Assembly: GCA_949282305.1 (NCBI GenBank)
Contig: CASDPB010000128.1
Span: 51,885-115,884 of the forward strand
Reading direction: 5' to 3'
From: an uncultured Lentisphaeria bacterium
GTDB taxonomy: Bacteria > Verrucomicrobiota > Lentisphaeria > Victivallales > UBA1829
DNA: 64,000 bases
A program made the position numbers and the translations under genes. Under the pieces are notes generated by a model. The model was not told the origin of the DNA, did not search any database, and worked only from the letters and a program-made list of their open reading frames with translations. Positions 37,187 to 47,016 of this stretch are shown here, piece after piece; position 1 is the stretch's first letter; every line of letters begins with the position of its first letter.

Positions 37187-37334
37187 CGGCGGATTCCGGT
37201 TTTCATGTCGTGAGATCCGCTGCGGAAATAACAGTTTTCTTCCGTTTCGGCGGGAGGTGCTAGACAGTCAACGTCTCTGAATAACAATGAAATAAAAAAT
37301 AAAAGAACTCAATCATCTTATATCAGGAGGAAAG

Positions 37335-37847
37335 ATGGACAAGGCAGCAGTGGCAGCGGAAACCGTTGCGAGAATGCAGGACGCGGAAGAGGTCCTCAAG
37401 GAAAACAACTATGACAAGGCACGTCTGGTTCCCATTCTTCAGGGGATTCAGGCTCGTTACAGATGGCTCTCCAAAGACTTGATCAGTTACGTCGCAAAGG
37501 CTGTCGGGCTTCCTCCCGCGCGTGTTTACGGCGTCGCTACATTCTATGCCCATTTCACGCTCAAGCCGAAGGGCAAGTACATCATCAAGCTCTGTGACGG
37601 CACCGCCTGTCATGTGAAGGGTTCCACGCCGATTCTCGACGCCTTGAGAACCAAACTCAACATCAAGCCGGGTCAGGATTCCTCCGACGATATGCTTTTC
37701 ACGGTTGACACCGTAAGCTGTCTCGGCGCCTGCGGGCTTGCTCCCGTCATGGTCGTCAACGATGAAGTGCATGGACAGGTGCGTCCCGCTGATGTGGATA
37801 AGATCATCGACGCCGTTCTTGCGAAAGAAAAAACTCAGTCGAACTAA
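37335..37847 (+). CDS. hydC: [FeFe]-hydrogenase NuoE-like [2Fe-2S] subunit (HydC/HndA-type)
   Basis: LCDGTACHVKG and VSCLGACGLAPV are the cysteine motifs of the NuoE thioredoxin-like ferredoxin. Confidence 0.9.
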   Translation: MDKAAVAAETVARMQDAEEVLKENNYDKARLVPILQGIQARYRWLSKDLISYVAKAVGLPPARVYGVATFYAHFTLKPKGKYIIKLCDGTACHVKGSTPILDALRTKLNIKPGQDSSDDMLFTVDTVSCLGACGLAPVMVVNDEVHGQVRPADVDKIIDAVLAKEKTQSN

Positions 37848-37864
37848 GAAGGAGCCACCCGGAA

Positions 37865-39763
37865 ATGTGCAACAAGACTATTGATATAAGCGTATGTGCG
37901 AAAGATTATAAAGCCAAACTGGATTCCGTCAAGAAAAGAATCATCATCTGCGCGGGAACGGGATGCGTCGCAAACGGCTCTCTCGCCGTCAAGGATGCGA
38001 TTCTTGCAGAACTGGAAAGACATGGACTGAATGTCAATTTGGATCTCGAAAAGGAAGAGGTGAAGAAAGACTCCCACTATGTGTCCAAAAGCGGCTGTCA
38101 GGGATTCTGTCAGATGGGACCCTTGCTCCGCATTGAGCCGGACGGCATTCTCTACACCAAAGTCAAGGCTTCCGACGCTGCCGAGATTGTCAACGAGACC
38201 ATCATCGGCGGGAACGTGATTGAGCGTCTTCTCTATCAGAGTCCGATCGACGGCAGGCATTATCGCGGCGATCACGACATCCCGTTCTACAAGAGACAGC
38301 ACCGCATTGTTCTCGCGAACTGCACGATTGAGCCTGCCAGCATCAGCGAATACATTGCGAAGCAGGGATACGCGGCGGCGAAGAAGGCGTTCACGGAAAT
38401 GACTCCGGAGGAGGTCTGCAAGGTCATGGAGGATTCCGGGCTCCGGGGACGCGGAGGCGGCGGTTTCCCCACCGGCAGGAAATGGAGACTGACTCTCGCA
38501 TCCAAAAACGCGGTCAAGTATGTGATCTGCAACGGCGACGAAGGCGACCCGGGAGCGTTCATGGACCGTTCCGTCATGGAGGGCAATCCTCATACCGTGA
38601 TCGAGGGCATGATGATTGCCGCGCGCGCAATTGAAGCGACCGAGGGATATGTTTACGTCCGTGCGGAATATCCGCTCGCCGTTGAACGGATGCTCGCGGC
38701 GGTGAAGGATGCGGAGCGCGTCGGCATCCTCGGCGACAATATTTTCGGCACAGGCAAGAGTTTCCGGATCCACATCATGGAAGGCGCCGGCGCATTTGTC
38801 TGCGGTGAGGAAACGGCTTTGATCGCTTCCATCGAAGGCAAGCGCGGCATGCCGATGCCGAAACCGCCGTTCCCCGCGCAGAGCGGACTGTGGGGCAAGC
38901 CGACCGTCATCAACAATGTCGAAACGCTGGCGACTGTCGCTTACATCATCCGCGAAGGCGCCGCGAAGTTCCGTGAGCTCGGGACTCCGACCTCGCCCGG
39001 AACCAAAACCTTTGCGCTTACGGGACACGTTGCGAACACAGGATTGATCGAAGTTCCGTTCGGCACCACGCTTGGCGAGATCGTCAACGAGATCGGCGGC
39101 GGTGTCACGGACGATCACGGCAGAATTTCCCCGGACAACTTCAAATCCGTCCAGATCGGCGGTCCCTCCGGCGGATGCCTTACGAAGGACATGATAAATC
39201 TTCCGCTTGATTTCGACTCCCTCAAGAGTGTCGGCGCGATGGTCGGTTCCGGCGGTCTGGTCGTGATGAACCAGCAGACCTGTATGCCGGCTGTGGCGAA
39301 GTTCTTCATGCGTTTCACGCAGAACGAATCCTGCGGAAAATGCGTCCCCTGCCGTGAGGGAACCAAGCAGATGCTTGCGCTGCTCGACGACATTACGAAA
39401 GGCAATGCGGACGAGAATACGCTTGCGCTTCTGGAAGAGACGGCGAAGGCGGTTCAGATGGGCTCTCTCTGCGGACTCGGCAAGACGGCTCCCAACCCGA
39501 TCCTTTCAACGCTGCGCCACTTCCGCGAAGAGTATGAAACGCACGTCAGGAACAAGCGCTGCCCCGCGGGACAGTGCAAGGCTCTGGCCGTTCCCGAGAT
39601 TCTCGCGGACAAGTGCCGCGGATGCACGGTTTGCGCGAAGAAGTGTCCGGTCGGCGCGATCAGCGGCGCCCTCAAACAGCCGCATAAAATTGACGTGGAC
39701 AAGTGCATCAGATGCGGTGCCTGCAAGACCGCCTGCAAGTTCGGCGCGGTAACAGGACTTTGA
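37865..39763 (+). CDS. hydB: [FeFe]-hydrogenase NuoF-like flavoprotein subunit (HydB/HndC-type)
   Basis: N-terminal 2Fe-2S-like domain (CAGTGC...CQGFCQMGP), RGRGGGGFPTGRKW (FMN/NADH), SCGKCVPCREG (N3 cluster), and a C-terminal 2x[4Fe-4S] (CRGCTVCAKKCP, CIRCGACKTAC). Confidence 0.9.
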   Translation: MCNKTIDISVCAKDYKAKLDSVKKRIIICAGTGCVANGSLAVKDAILAELERHGLNVNLDLEKEEVKKDSHYVSKSGCQGFCQMGPLLRIEPDGILYTKVKASDAAEIVNETIIGGNVIERLLYQSPIDGRHYRGDHDIPFYKRQHRIVLANCTIEPASISEYIAKQGYAAAKKAFTEMTPEEVCKVMEDSGLRGRGGGGFPTGRKWRLTLASKNAVKYVICNGDEGDPGAFMDRSVMEGNPHTVIEGMMIAARAIEATEGYVYVRAEYPLAVERMLAAVKDAERVGILGDNIFGTGKSFRIHIMEGAGAFVCGEETALIASIEGKRGMPMPKPPFPAQSGLWGKPTVINNVETLATVAYIIREGAAKFRELGTPTSPGTKTFALTGHVANTGLIEVPFGTTLGEIVNEIGGGVTDDHGRISPDNFKSVQIGGPSGGCLTKDMINLPLDFDSLKSVGAMVGSGGLVVMNQQTCMPAVAKFFMRFTQNESCGKCVPCREGTKQMLALLDDITKGNADENTLALLEETAKAVQMGSLCGLGKTAPNPILSTLRHFREEYETHVRNKRCPAGQCKALAVPEILADKCRGCTVCAKKCPVGAISGALKQPHKIDVDKCIRCGACKTACKFGAVTGL

Positions 39764-39786
39764 TAAATACAGGAGTTTACTACATT

Positions 39787-41811
39787 ATGGAAAATACGAA
39801 GAAGACACTGACCATCAATGGTCATGAAGTGGAAATAGGTTCCGAGAAGAATCTGCTTGAAATGATCCGGAAGATCGGGATTGAACTTCCGACGTTCTGT
39901 TATCACTCCGAACTCAGTGCTTACGGCGCGTGCCGTCTCTGCCTTGTCGAGGTCGAGGGACGCGGCATCATGGCGTCCTGTTCCACGGCTCCCGAAGCGG
40001 GCATGAAGATCCGCACGGACTCCAAGCAGCTCCGCGAGATGCGCAAGATCAACATTGAACTGCTTCTGGCGAACCACAAGCGCGAGTGCCCGTCCTGCAT
40101 CAGAAGTTCCACCTGCACGCTCCAGAACCTTGCAAGGCGTCTCGGCGTCGAGGAAATCCGCTACAAGCAGGTTACGGACTTCGAGCCGATTGATGAGTCC
40201 TCGCCGTCCCTGACGCGTGACCCGAACAAATGCGTGCTCTGCGGCGACTGCGTCAGAATGTGCAAGGAGGTGCAGGGTATCGGCGCGATTGATTTCACGC
40301 ACCGCGGTTCCCATTCCAAGGTGGCTCCCGCGTTTGAAGCGGATCTGGCTTCGGTGGAGTGCATCAATTGCGGACAGTGTGCCCAGGTCTGCCCGACGGG
40401 CGCCTTGACTCCGAAGCAGGAGCGGGAGGATGTCTGGAAGGCGATCTACGACCCGAATAAAGTTGTTGTCGCTTCGATTGCGCCGGCGGTTCGCGTCGGC
40501 ATCGGCGAATACTTCAATATGCCCGCCGGCGAGAACCTCGCCGGAAAACTGGTTGCGGCGCTCCGCCTGATGGGTTTTGACTATGTCTATGATACCACAT
40601 TTGCGGCGGATATGACGATCGTGGAGGAAGCCGAAGAGTTTCTGCGCCGCGTGGAAGCGGGCGGTCCGTTCCCGATGTTTACGAGCTGCTGCCCCGGCTG
40701 GGTCAAGTATGCGGAGACGAATTTCCCGGAGCTCAACAAAAACCTCTCCACCTGCCGTTCTCCTCAGCAGATGTTCGGAAGCATTGCCAAGGAGGCGCTC
40801 CCGACGATTCTGAATGTGCCGCGTGAAAACATCGTCGTCGTTTCGATCATGCCCTGCACGGCAAAGAAATTCGAGGCGAAACTTGACAAATTCAAAACGA
40901 ACGGCATCCAGGATGTCGATTATGTGATTACGACTGCGGAAGTCGGTACGATGATCCACTCTTTCGGCATTCATTTCGCCGAGCTTGAAGCGGAAGCGTT
41001 TGACATGCCGCTCGGATTCGGAACCGGCGCGGGGGTGATCTTCGGCACTTCCGGCGGCGTGATGGAAGCGGCTCTCCGCTATGCTGCGGAAAAGATCAAC
41101 GGCAAGGTTCCGCATGCCATTGAGTTCCCCGCTGTCCGCGGTTCCGAACGTTTCAAGGAGACGGAAATCAAGGCTGGCGACAAAACACTGAAAATTGCGG
41201 TCGTGAACACGCTTTCCGAGGCAAGAAAGGTCGCAGAGGAAGCGGCGGCGGGCAAGTCTCCGTATCACTTCATCGAAGTCATGGCATGTCCCGGCGGATG
41301 TGTCTGCGGCGGCGGGCAGCCCATCACGACGGAGCGCGCCAGCAAGACGAAGAGGATGAACGGTCTTTACAAAACCGACAGGAACATGCAGTTCCAGAAG
41401 TCTCAGGACAATCCGACTGTTGTGGAATGTTATGAAAAATTCCTCGATGGCAAGCCGAATTCCCATAAGGCACATGAGCTGCTTCATACGGAGTATGAGA
41501 ATCGGGACAGCGTGTTCGACGCCCGTTATCCTGTCCAGAAGGGGACGGCGCCGAAATGCGTGTCCGTGGCAGTCTGCGTGACTCCCGCGAATGATGCGGA
41601 GCATAAGGCGGAAAAAGTGCTGACGGATATGATTACTCTTACGGACACGCTCGGCGTTTCGGCGAAAGTTGATATTGAAGCCGCCTTTGCCCCTGCCTCC
41701 GCTGCCGGGCGCAAGGCAGGTGAAGTGATGATCGGTTCTCTTAAACTCGACGGCGCCGACATGGAATCCGTCAGGAAAGCTCTTGAGGACGAGCTCGCCA
41801 GACTTGCCTGA
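39787..41811 (+). CDS. hydA: [FeFe]-hydrogenase catalytic subunit (HydA/HndD-type) with an extra ~100-aa C-terminal region
   Basis: N-terminal 2Fe-2S and 4Fe-4S domains. H-cluster motifs are FTSCCPGWV, MPCTAKKFE and MACPGGCVCGGGQP. The start MENTKKTLTINGHEV is at 39787. Confidence 0.92.
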   Translation: MENTKKTLTINGHEVEIGSEKNLLEMIRKIGIELPTFCYHSELSAYGACRLCLVEVEGRGIMASCSTAPEAGMKIRTDSKQLREMRKINIELLLANHKRECPSCIRSSTCTLQNLARRLGVEEIRYKQVTDFEPIDESSPSLTRDPNKCVLCGDCVRMCKEVQGIGAIDFTHRGSHSKVAPAFEADLASVECINCGQCAQVCPTGALTPKQEREDVWKAIYDPNKVVVASIAPAVRVGIGEYFNMPAGENLAGKLVAALRLMGFDYVYDTTFAADMTIVEEAEEFLRRVEAGGPFPMFTSCCPGWVKYAETNFPELNKNLSTCRSPQQMFGSIAKEALPTILNVPRENIVVVSIMPCTAKKFEAKLDKFKTNGIQDVDYVITTAEVGTMIHSFGIHFAELEAEAFDMPLGFGTGAGVIFGTSGGVMEAALRYAAEKINGKVPHAIEFPAVRGSERFKETEIKAGDKTLKIAVVNTLSEARKVAEEAAAGKSPYHFIEVMACPGGCVCGGGQPITTERASKTKRMNGLYKTDRNMQFQKSQDNPTVVECYEKFLDGKPNSHKAHELLHTEYENRDSVFDARYPVQKGTAPKCVSVAVCVTPANDAEHKAEKVLTDMITLTDTLGVSAKVDIEAAFAPASAAGRKAGEVMIGSLKLDGADMESVRKALEDELARLA

Positions 41812-41832
41812 TTGCCGTTTCATTGACGGACG

Positions 41833-41868
41833 AAATCCCGTACTTCCTGTGAAGTGCGGGATTTTTTT
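41833..41868 (+). terminator. Rho-independent terminator of the hydrogenase operon
   Basis: AAATCCCG (41833-41840) pairs with CGGGATTT (41857-41864). An inner ACTT/AAGT stem is present, followed by a T-run. Confidence 0.85.
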
Positions 41869-41881
41869 ATCTGAAGGGAAC

Positions 41882-41922
41882 AAAAAATGCCCGTCTGGAA
41901 TCCGGAGAGATTCAGACGGGCA
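41882..41922 (-). terminator. Rho-independent terminator of the hom-aspartate kinase operon
   Basis: A 10-bp perfect stem, TGCCCGTCTG (41888-41897) with CAGACGGGCA (41913-41922). On the minus strand it is followed by TTTTTTG. Confidence 0.85.
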
Positions 41923-41946
41923 GGTTCTTTCGGAACGGTCAGGAGC

Positions 41947-43350
41947 TTATGCGTTTTCCACAAATTCCCTGTGGAGAACGATCTGAGCTTTCCTGAAGTC
42001 TTCGCGGGCGACGATGAACTGAATGTTCACCTGACGCATGACCTGGTCCAGCGCAAGCACATTGATGTCTGCTTCATACAATGCCTTTGCGGCTTTGGCG
42101 AGGAAGCCCGGAATCTTCATATTGGTGCCGATGACTGAAACGACTGCGACCGGAGTGTCTGTGACAGTCGCATGGACAAAAGCCTTGCGCATTTCCGCCA
42201 TACATGCCTCAATGTTCTTGCTTTTCTGCGGAATGTAATGCGTGATTGTGTTGGCATTGGTGTTTTTCGCAATGTAGTTGATTCCGTTGCGCGCAAGGAA
42301 TTCGGTAAGTTTGTGATCGTATCCGACGCCGCCGACCATTTCAGGGTCGTGCACTTCAAGCGCAATCAGATCGCTGCGGCCGCAGATCATTTCCACACGC
42401 GGGGTGGGGGAGATGTAATCGCGGCTGATCAGGGTGCCGGGATGTTCCGGATCGAATGCGTTTTTGATGCGGATCGGAATATTTTTCATCTCCATGTCCT
42501 TTGCCGCTTTGGAGTGGATCGCCTCCATATCCATGTCGGAAAGCTGGTCGGCAATGTCGAAGTTCGTGTTGCCGATGATCTGGACCTTATCGACGCCGAT
42601 CAGCTTTGGGTCGCCGGTGGAGAGGTGGAATTCCTTGTGGATGATGCCTTCCTTGGCGTCGGTCAGGACGGCGATTTTGCTGAACGTGATTTCGCTGTAG
42701 CCGCGGTCAAAACGCTTCATGATGCCCTCGTCGTATTTGACGTAGCCGGTCACGATCGGCATTTCCGTATCGAATTTGATGTCCTTGAAAGCGGAAAGAA
42801 TCGCCTCGTTCAGCGACATGATGTCGGGAGACATCCAGCCGGAGAGGTCGACGAAACGCGCATTGACTCCGTTCGCCTTGAGAATTTCCGCAGAGTTGTA
42901 GGCACTGTGAGCCTCGCCGAGCGCCGCAAGAAATTCGCGTGTGGAAGGCAGGTATTCGGACGGTCTGGAGTGTCCGGCGCTACGCAGGAACGTAATATAT
43001 TTCAGACATTCCCGGATGGCTTCGATGCGTTCATTGACGAATTGATCCGCCGCTGCGACGTTCAGTCCGATATTCTCGAAACTTTTGTTGTATTCCAGCA
43101 TTTTTTCGCGGACTTTTTCCAGCGCCTCCGGCCAGTTTTTGTTATCCCTGGCAATATGACCGTAAACACCGGGCTCGCCTGTCTTCTTGTCCTCGAGAAG
43201 CAGATTGGTGATTCCTGCGTATGCGGAAACGACAAACACTCTGTTGTAGAGCTCCGCGCCTTTTCTGGAACCGATGATCACATTGTTCATGACTTCGCCG
43301 AAACGGCTCATCGAAGTCCCGCCGATTTTTTCAATGGTATGATTGCCCAT
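41947..43350 (-). CDS. Aspartate kinase
   Basis: IEKIGGTSM, VFVVSAYAGITN and C-terminal ACT-like repeats. The ATG at 43350 (MGNHT), preceded by GAGGA, is preferred over the TTG at 43368. Confidence 0.88.
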   Translation of the reverse strand: MGNHTIEKIGGTSMSRFGEVMNNVIIGSRKGAELYNRVFVVSAYAGITNLLLEDKKTGEPGVYGHIARDNKNWPEALEKVREKMLEYNKSFENIGLNVAAADQFVNERIEAIRECLKYITFLRSAGHSRPSEYLPSTREFLAALGEAHSAYNSAEILKANGVNARFVDLSGWMSPDIMSLNEAILSAFKDIKFDTEMPIVTGYVKYDEGIMKRFDRGYSEITFSKIAVLTDAKEGIIHKEFHLSTGDPKLIGVDKVQIIGNTNFDIADQLSDMDMEAIHSKAAKDMEMKNIPIRIKNAFDPEHPGTLISRDYISPTPRVEMICGRSDLIALEVHDPEMVGGVGYDHKLTEFLARNGINYIAKNTNANTITHYIPQKSKNIEACMAEMRKAFVHATVTDTPVAVVSVIGTNMKIPGFLAKAAKALYEADINVLALDQVMRQVNIQFIVAREDFRKAQIVLHREFVENA

Positions 43351-43354
43351 TTGT

Positions 43355-44644
43355 TCAAATATCCTCAATTCTTATAAGTTTCACGGAGTCCCTGACCTCG
43401 GCAAGTCTGCCGATTGCCTCAATTGCACTCTTGATGTTTTTTTCCACGGTCATGTGAGTGATAATCAGCAGGGAGACATTGTTTTTGGACTGTCCTTCAC
43501 GCTGGACGAGGCTGGAGATGCTGATCTTGTTTTCGCTGAGCAGATTTGCGACTTTCGCAAGCACTCCGGGCTGGTCGACGACCTGAACCCGCAGATAATA
43601 GCGAGAGTTGACGTCGTCCATTTTTATGATTTTTCCGAACTGTGCGCCTTCCCGGAAGGAGGGCAGACGGCAGGTGCAGTTGTGCGTCAGGTTCAGCCCG
43701 ACATCGACAATGTCGGAAACGACCGCACTGGCTGTTGCGGCACGTCCCGCGCCGCGTCCGTAAAACAGCGTGTCTCCGACATAGTCGCCGGTGACCATGA
43801 CGCCGTTGAAGACCTCGTCGATCATGGCGAGCTGAGTCTTTTTCGGGATCATGGTGGGATGAACGCGGATTTCCACGTCGTCATTTTCCTTTTTGATGAT
43901 CGCGAGAAGTTTGATTTTGTATCCGAGCTCGTCTGCGAGTTTGATGTCGGAAAGGGTCACGTCCCGGAGCCCCTGAACATAGATGGGATCCATCCCGAAC
44001 CATTTCCCGTAGGCAAGTGCGGAAAGGATTGCCGCTTTGTGCGCGGTGTCGAATCCGTCGATGTCGAGGGACGGATTGGCTTCCGCATACCCCAGCTGCT
44101 GGGCGTCCTTGAGAACGGGCGCGAAATCAATTTCCTCCCGCTGCATCCTGGTCAGGATATAGTTGCAGGTGCCGTTCAGGATGCCGTAGATGCGGCTGAT
44201 GCGATTGCCGACGAAACCTTCCCGCAGGCTTTTGATGATTGGAATGCCGCCTGCCACACTGGCTTCGTAGTAAATTTCCGTGTTGTTTTTTTCGGCGGCT
44301 TCAAAGATTTCCCTGCCGTGTTCCGCCAGCAATGCCTTGTTTGCCGTGACTACGGCTTTGCCTTTCCCGAGCGCTTCCAGAATGAATTTTTTTGCAACGG
44401 TGGTGCCGCCGATGAGCTCAACAACCACATCCGCTTCGTCGATCAGAGCCTTTGCGTCTGTTGTCAGGATGTCCTTCGGCACCTTGACTCCGCGGTCTGT
44501 TGTGGTATCGAGGTCGGCAATCTTTGTAAGAACCGGCTTGACTCCGGTACGTTTTGCGATGGCATCCGCATTGTTCAGAAGGCAGGACGCCACGCCGGCT
44601 CCAACAGTTCCGAACCCGATAATTCCTACTTTGAATTCTTTCAT
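43355..44644 (-). CDS. hom: Homoserine dehydrogenase (with C-terminal ACT domain)
   Basis: KVGIIGFGTVGAG (NAD fold), ILNGTCNYIL and a C-terminal ACT domain. The ATG at 44644 follows GGAGAG. Confidence 0.92.
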   Translation of the reverse strand: MKEFKVGIIGFGTVGAGVASCLLNNADAIAKRTGVKPVLTKIADLDTTTDRGVKVPKDILTTDAKALIDEADVVVELIGGTTVAKKFILEALGKGKAVVTANKALLAEHGREIFEAAEKNNTEIYYEASVAGGIPIIKSLREGFVGNRISRIYGILNGTCNYILTRMQREEIDFAPVLKDAQQLGYAEANPSLDIDGFDTAHKAAILSALAYGKWFGMDPIYVQGLRDVTLSDIKLADELGYKIKLLAIIKKENDDVEIRVHPTMIPKKTQLAMIDEVFNGVMVTGDYVGDTLFYGRGAGRAATASAVVSDIVDVGLNLTHNCTCRLPSFREGAQFGKIIKMDDVNSRYYLRVQVVDQPGVLAKVANLLSENKISISSLVQREGQSKNNVSLLIITHMTVEKNIKSAIEAIGRLAEVRDSVKLIRIEDI

Positions 44645-44830
44645 CAACGGTCTCTCCATAATTTTATCTGACCTGAAAACTGAATATAACTGAATAATAT
44701 AACCCCTTTTCCGTTCTTTTTAAAATAAAAAAGCAATTTTTCTTGAGATAGTTCCGTTTCACCGGCGTTGTTGCGATTGAAAAAATTGCCGGAAATGATA
44801 TATTACTTAAAAAATTAAACTAATACAGGA

Positions 44831-45421
44831 ATGTGGATTATGATCAGAAAATTGCTTGCCGCCGTTGTGCTGTCCGTGTTGACCGCTGCCGTTGCCTACG
44901 CTCAGAAACCGGTTGTCTGTGCCGTTACGGATATCCAGGATGATCCTACGAACGGTCTTGAGATGTGCCGCAGTCTTTTCATTGAGTATTTCCTCTCTGA
45001 ATTGACGACTCATGCCAAAGTCAATGTGCTGGATACGAGAACTGTCCAGAACGCCATTGGAGAGTTGAAGTTTGAGCATGGAAAAAAACTTGCTCCCAAG
45101 GAGATCGGGGCACTGTGCGACAAGCTGAAATGCAGCGCCCTGTGTCTTGTCGCAATGAAACGGGAACAGAATGGAAAAATGCTGGCGACCATACAGCTGG
45201 TGGACAAGACAGCCAAGATTCTCGGAACGATTTCCGCGCAGATGGACGGAGTCGGTGACACGGATGCGATCAGTTCCAAACTTGCCCGCGACAGTGCGGT
45301 CATCATTCGCCAGATCAATGGAACAGTGCTTGCCGGAAATGAAATTGACAACGGGACGGACTCTATTTATAAAGCGCTTCCGAGCACCGTGACGAACATT
45401 TATGATGCGGATGTCAAATAA
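44831..45421 (+). CDS. Secreted hypothetical protein (signal peptide)
   Basis: IRKLLAAVVLSVLTAAVAYAQ is a signal peptide with an A-x-A cleavage site. I recognise no catalytic motif. Confidence 0.6.
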   Translation: MWIMIRKLLAAVVLSVLTAAVAYAQKPVVCAVTDIQDDPTNGLEMCRSLFIEYFLSELTTHAKVNVLDTRTVQNAIGELKFEHGKKLAPKEIGALCDKLKCSALCLVAMKREQNGKMLATIQLVDKTAKILGTISAQMDGVGDTDAISSKLARDSAVIIRQINGTVLAGNEIDNGTDSIYKALPSTVTNIYDADVK

Positions 45422-45445
45422 TCGTTTCCGCGTTTGAGTCTTCTG

Positions 45446-45477
45446 AACCTCCGGGATGAGTTCCGGAGGTTTTTTTA
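45446..45477 (+). terminator. Rho-independent terminator
   Basis: AACCTCCGG (45446-45454) pairs with CCGGAGGTT (45463-45471), followed by TTTTTT. Confidence 0.88.
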
Positions 45478-45542
45478 TTGTCCGGGAAAATTTTTGAGAA
45501 CCCTCGGATTTGTCCGGGAGACACGTCTGCGGCAGCTTTTTC

Positions 45543-45983
45543 CTATTCGTCGGCGGACAAAGTGAACGTCCGGTTCAGATGGAGACGCAGTCCGTGGCAG
45601 TCGCTGCGGTTTTGGACTGCTTCGGAGAGGACGAGAAAGCGGTCGATCAGTTTTTCATCAATCACATGTTCGATTTTACAGGCGGTTTTCCCCGCTTCTT
45701 CTCCGGGGAGTTCAAGCACATGCTGAAGGAAGTCCTGAAGAATATGATGTCTGCGGATGACTTTCTCCGCCAGGAGCCTGCCGGAGGCGGTCAGCTGAAC
45801 CGGCTGGTTCGGCTGATAGACGATATGTCCTGATTTCGACAGCACGCCAAGGGCGTTGGTGACAGACGGCATCTTGACATTGAGTCTTGAGGCAATCTCT
45901 TTCGTGTGTGCGTGCCCGTGACACCGGATCAGCTCCGCAATCGCCTCCAGATAGTCTTCAAGGCTGGCTGAAACTTTCAACAT
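45543..45983 (-). CDS. DtxR/MntR-family metal-dependent transcriptional regulator
   Basis: MLKVSASLEDYLEAIAELI..HAHTKEIASRLNVKMPSVTNAL is a clear paralogue of the regulator at 34762. The ATG at 45983 lies 2 nt after the stop of the upstream gene. Confidence 0.85.
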   Translation of the reverse strand: MLKVSASLEDYLEAIAELIRCHGHAHTKEIASRLNVKMPSVTNALGVLSKSGHIVYQPNQPVQLTASGRLLAEKVIRRHHILQDFLQHVLELPGEEAGKTACKIEHVIDEKLIDRFLVLSEAVQNRSDCHGLRLHLNRTFTLSADE

Positions 45984-45985
45984 GT

Positions 45986-46438
45986 TCACCTCGTGATCTT
46001 TCCCTGATCTGTGCCGCTGCGGAGCCGTCTGTCCCTCCATTGGCTCAATACGATTTTTGAAACGACATTCGGGTTGGTTTCCCGGATTGCAAGAAAGGAC
46101 TTTTCGCTTTTCCGGCAGATTCCCCGGATGACACTCAGGGCATTGTGACTGTTGACCCGCGTGATGAACACGACAATATCCGCATCCTGAGCCGAGGCAC
46201 GCAGACGGTTTGCCCCGGAACCGTTGCAGCAGCCGGTATGAAAGTAAAATCTGACGGTTCCCAGAGACTCGAATACCGAACGGTATTGACTCTCCAAACG
46301 GTCAAGTCCGCCGATCAGTGCCACTTTCACATGGTTCAGGGTGCAGCATCCTGATGCCTGTTCCGCTTTGCATGTGGAAGAGCACACCGCGCTGCTGCAG
46401 CTTCTTTGGTCTTTTCCGTATTTCTTTTTCCTGCTCAT
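45986..46438 (-). CDS. DUF2325-like protein with a Cys-rich N-terminus
   Basis: VALIGGLDRLESQYR...DADIVVFITRVNSHNA matches the DUF2325 pattern as I recall it. Confidence 0.65.
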   Translation of the reverse strand: MSRKKKYGKDQRSCSSAVCSSTCKAEQASGCCTLNHVKVALIGGLDRLESQYRSVFESLGTVRFYFHTGCCNGSGANRLRASAQDADIVVFITRVNSHNALSVIRGICRKSEKSFLAIRETNPNVVSKIVLSQWRDRRLRSGTDQGKITR

Positions 46439-46516
46439 GGAATTCCTTTCCCGGATGAATGAACTGGCGCGGAAAACCGGACACGCATCCGACCGTGTCC
46501 GGTCCGCCGTTTTCTG

Positions 46517-47011
46517 TCAGGCGACAGTCTGCTTCAGCTGATCGATCCACCGTGATATGCGATCCGCTGTTTTATCCTGTTCATTGTTGTCGTCAAGTGC
46601 GAGACCGCAGAACTTGCCGTCCTGTTCCGCCGCGGATGCCGTGTGCGTATATCCTGCCGTGGAAGTTTCGCCGACAATTGCCGCTCCGCGTTCCTTTGCC
46701 TTTTCGGCAAGAATCCCCATGGCGTCAACGAATGTGTCGCCGAAACCGTTTTGATCCCCCAGTCCGAAGACTGCGACCTTTTTCCCTGTCAGATCAATCC
46801 CGTCGAGCATTGCGATCCCCGACGCCCAGTCGTCCTGCAATTCTCCGAGCCCCCAGGTGGAACTGCCGAGAATCAGGAGATCCGCCTCGAAGTCCTCCGG
46901 TTTTGCATTTGCGATGCTGACAGCTTCCGTTCCGAATGCCCCGGCGATGACCGTTGCGGCGCTTTCGGTGTTGCCGGTGCTGCTTCCGTAAATCACTTTG
47001 ACTACAGCCAT
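46517..47011 (-). CDS. fldA: Long-chain flavodoxin
   Basis: KVIYGSSTGNTE (FMN phosphate loop), LGSSTWG and FGLGDQ. Confidence 0.92.
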   Translation of the reverse strand: MAVVKVIYGSSTGNTESAATVIAGAFGTEAVSIANAKPEDFEADLLILGSSTWGLGELQDDWASGIAMLDGIDLTGKKVAVFGLGDQNGFGDTFVDAMGILAEKAKERGAAIVGETSTAGYTHTASAAEQDGKFCGLALDDNNEQDKTADRISRWIDQLKQTVA

Positions 47012-47016
47012 TTTGT

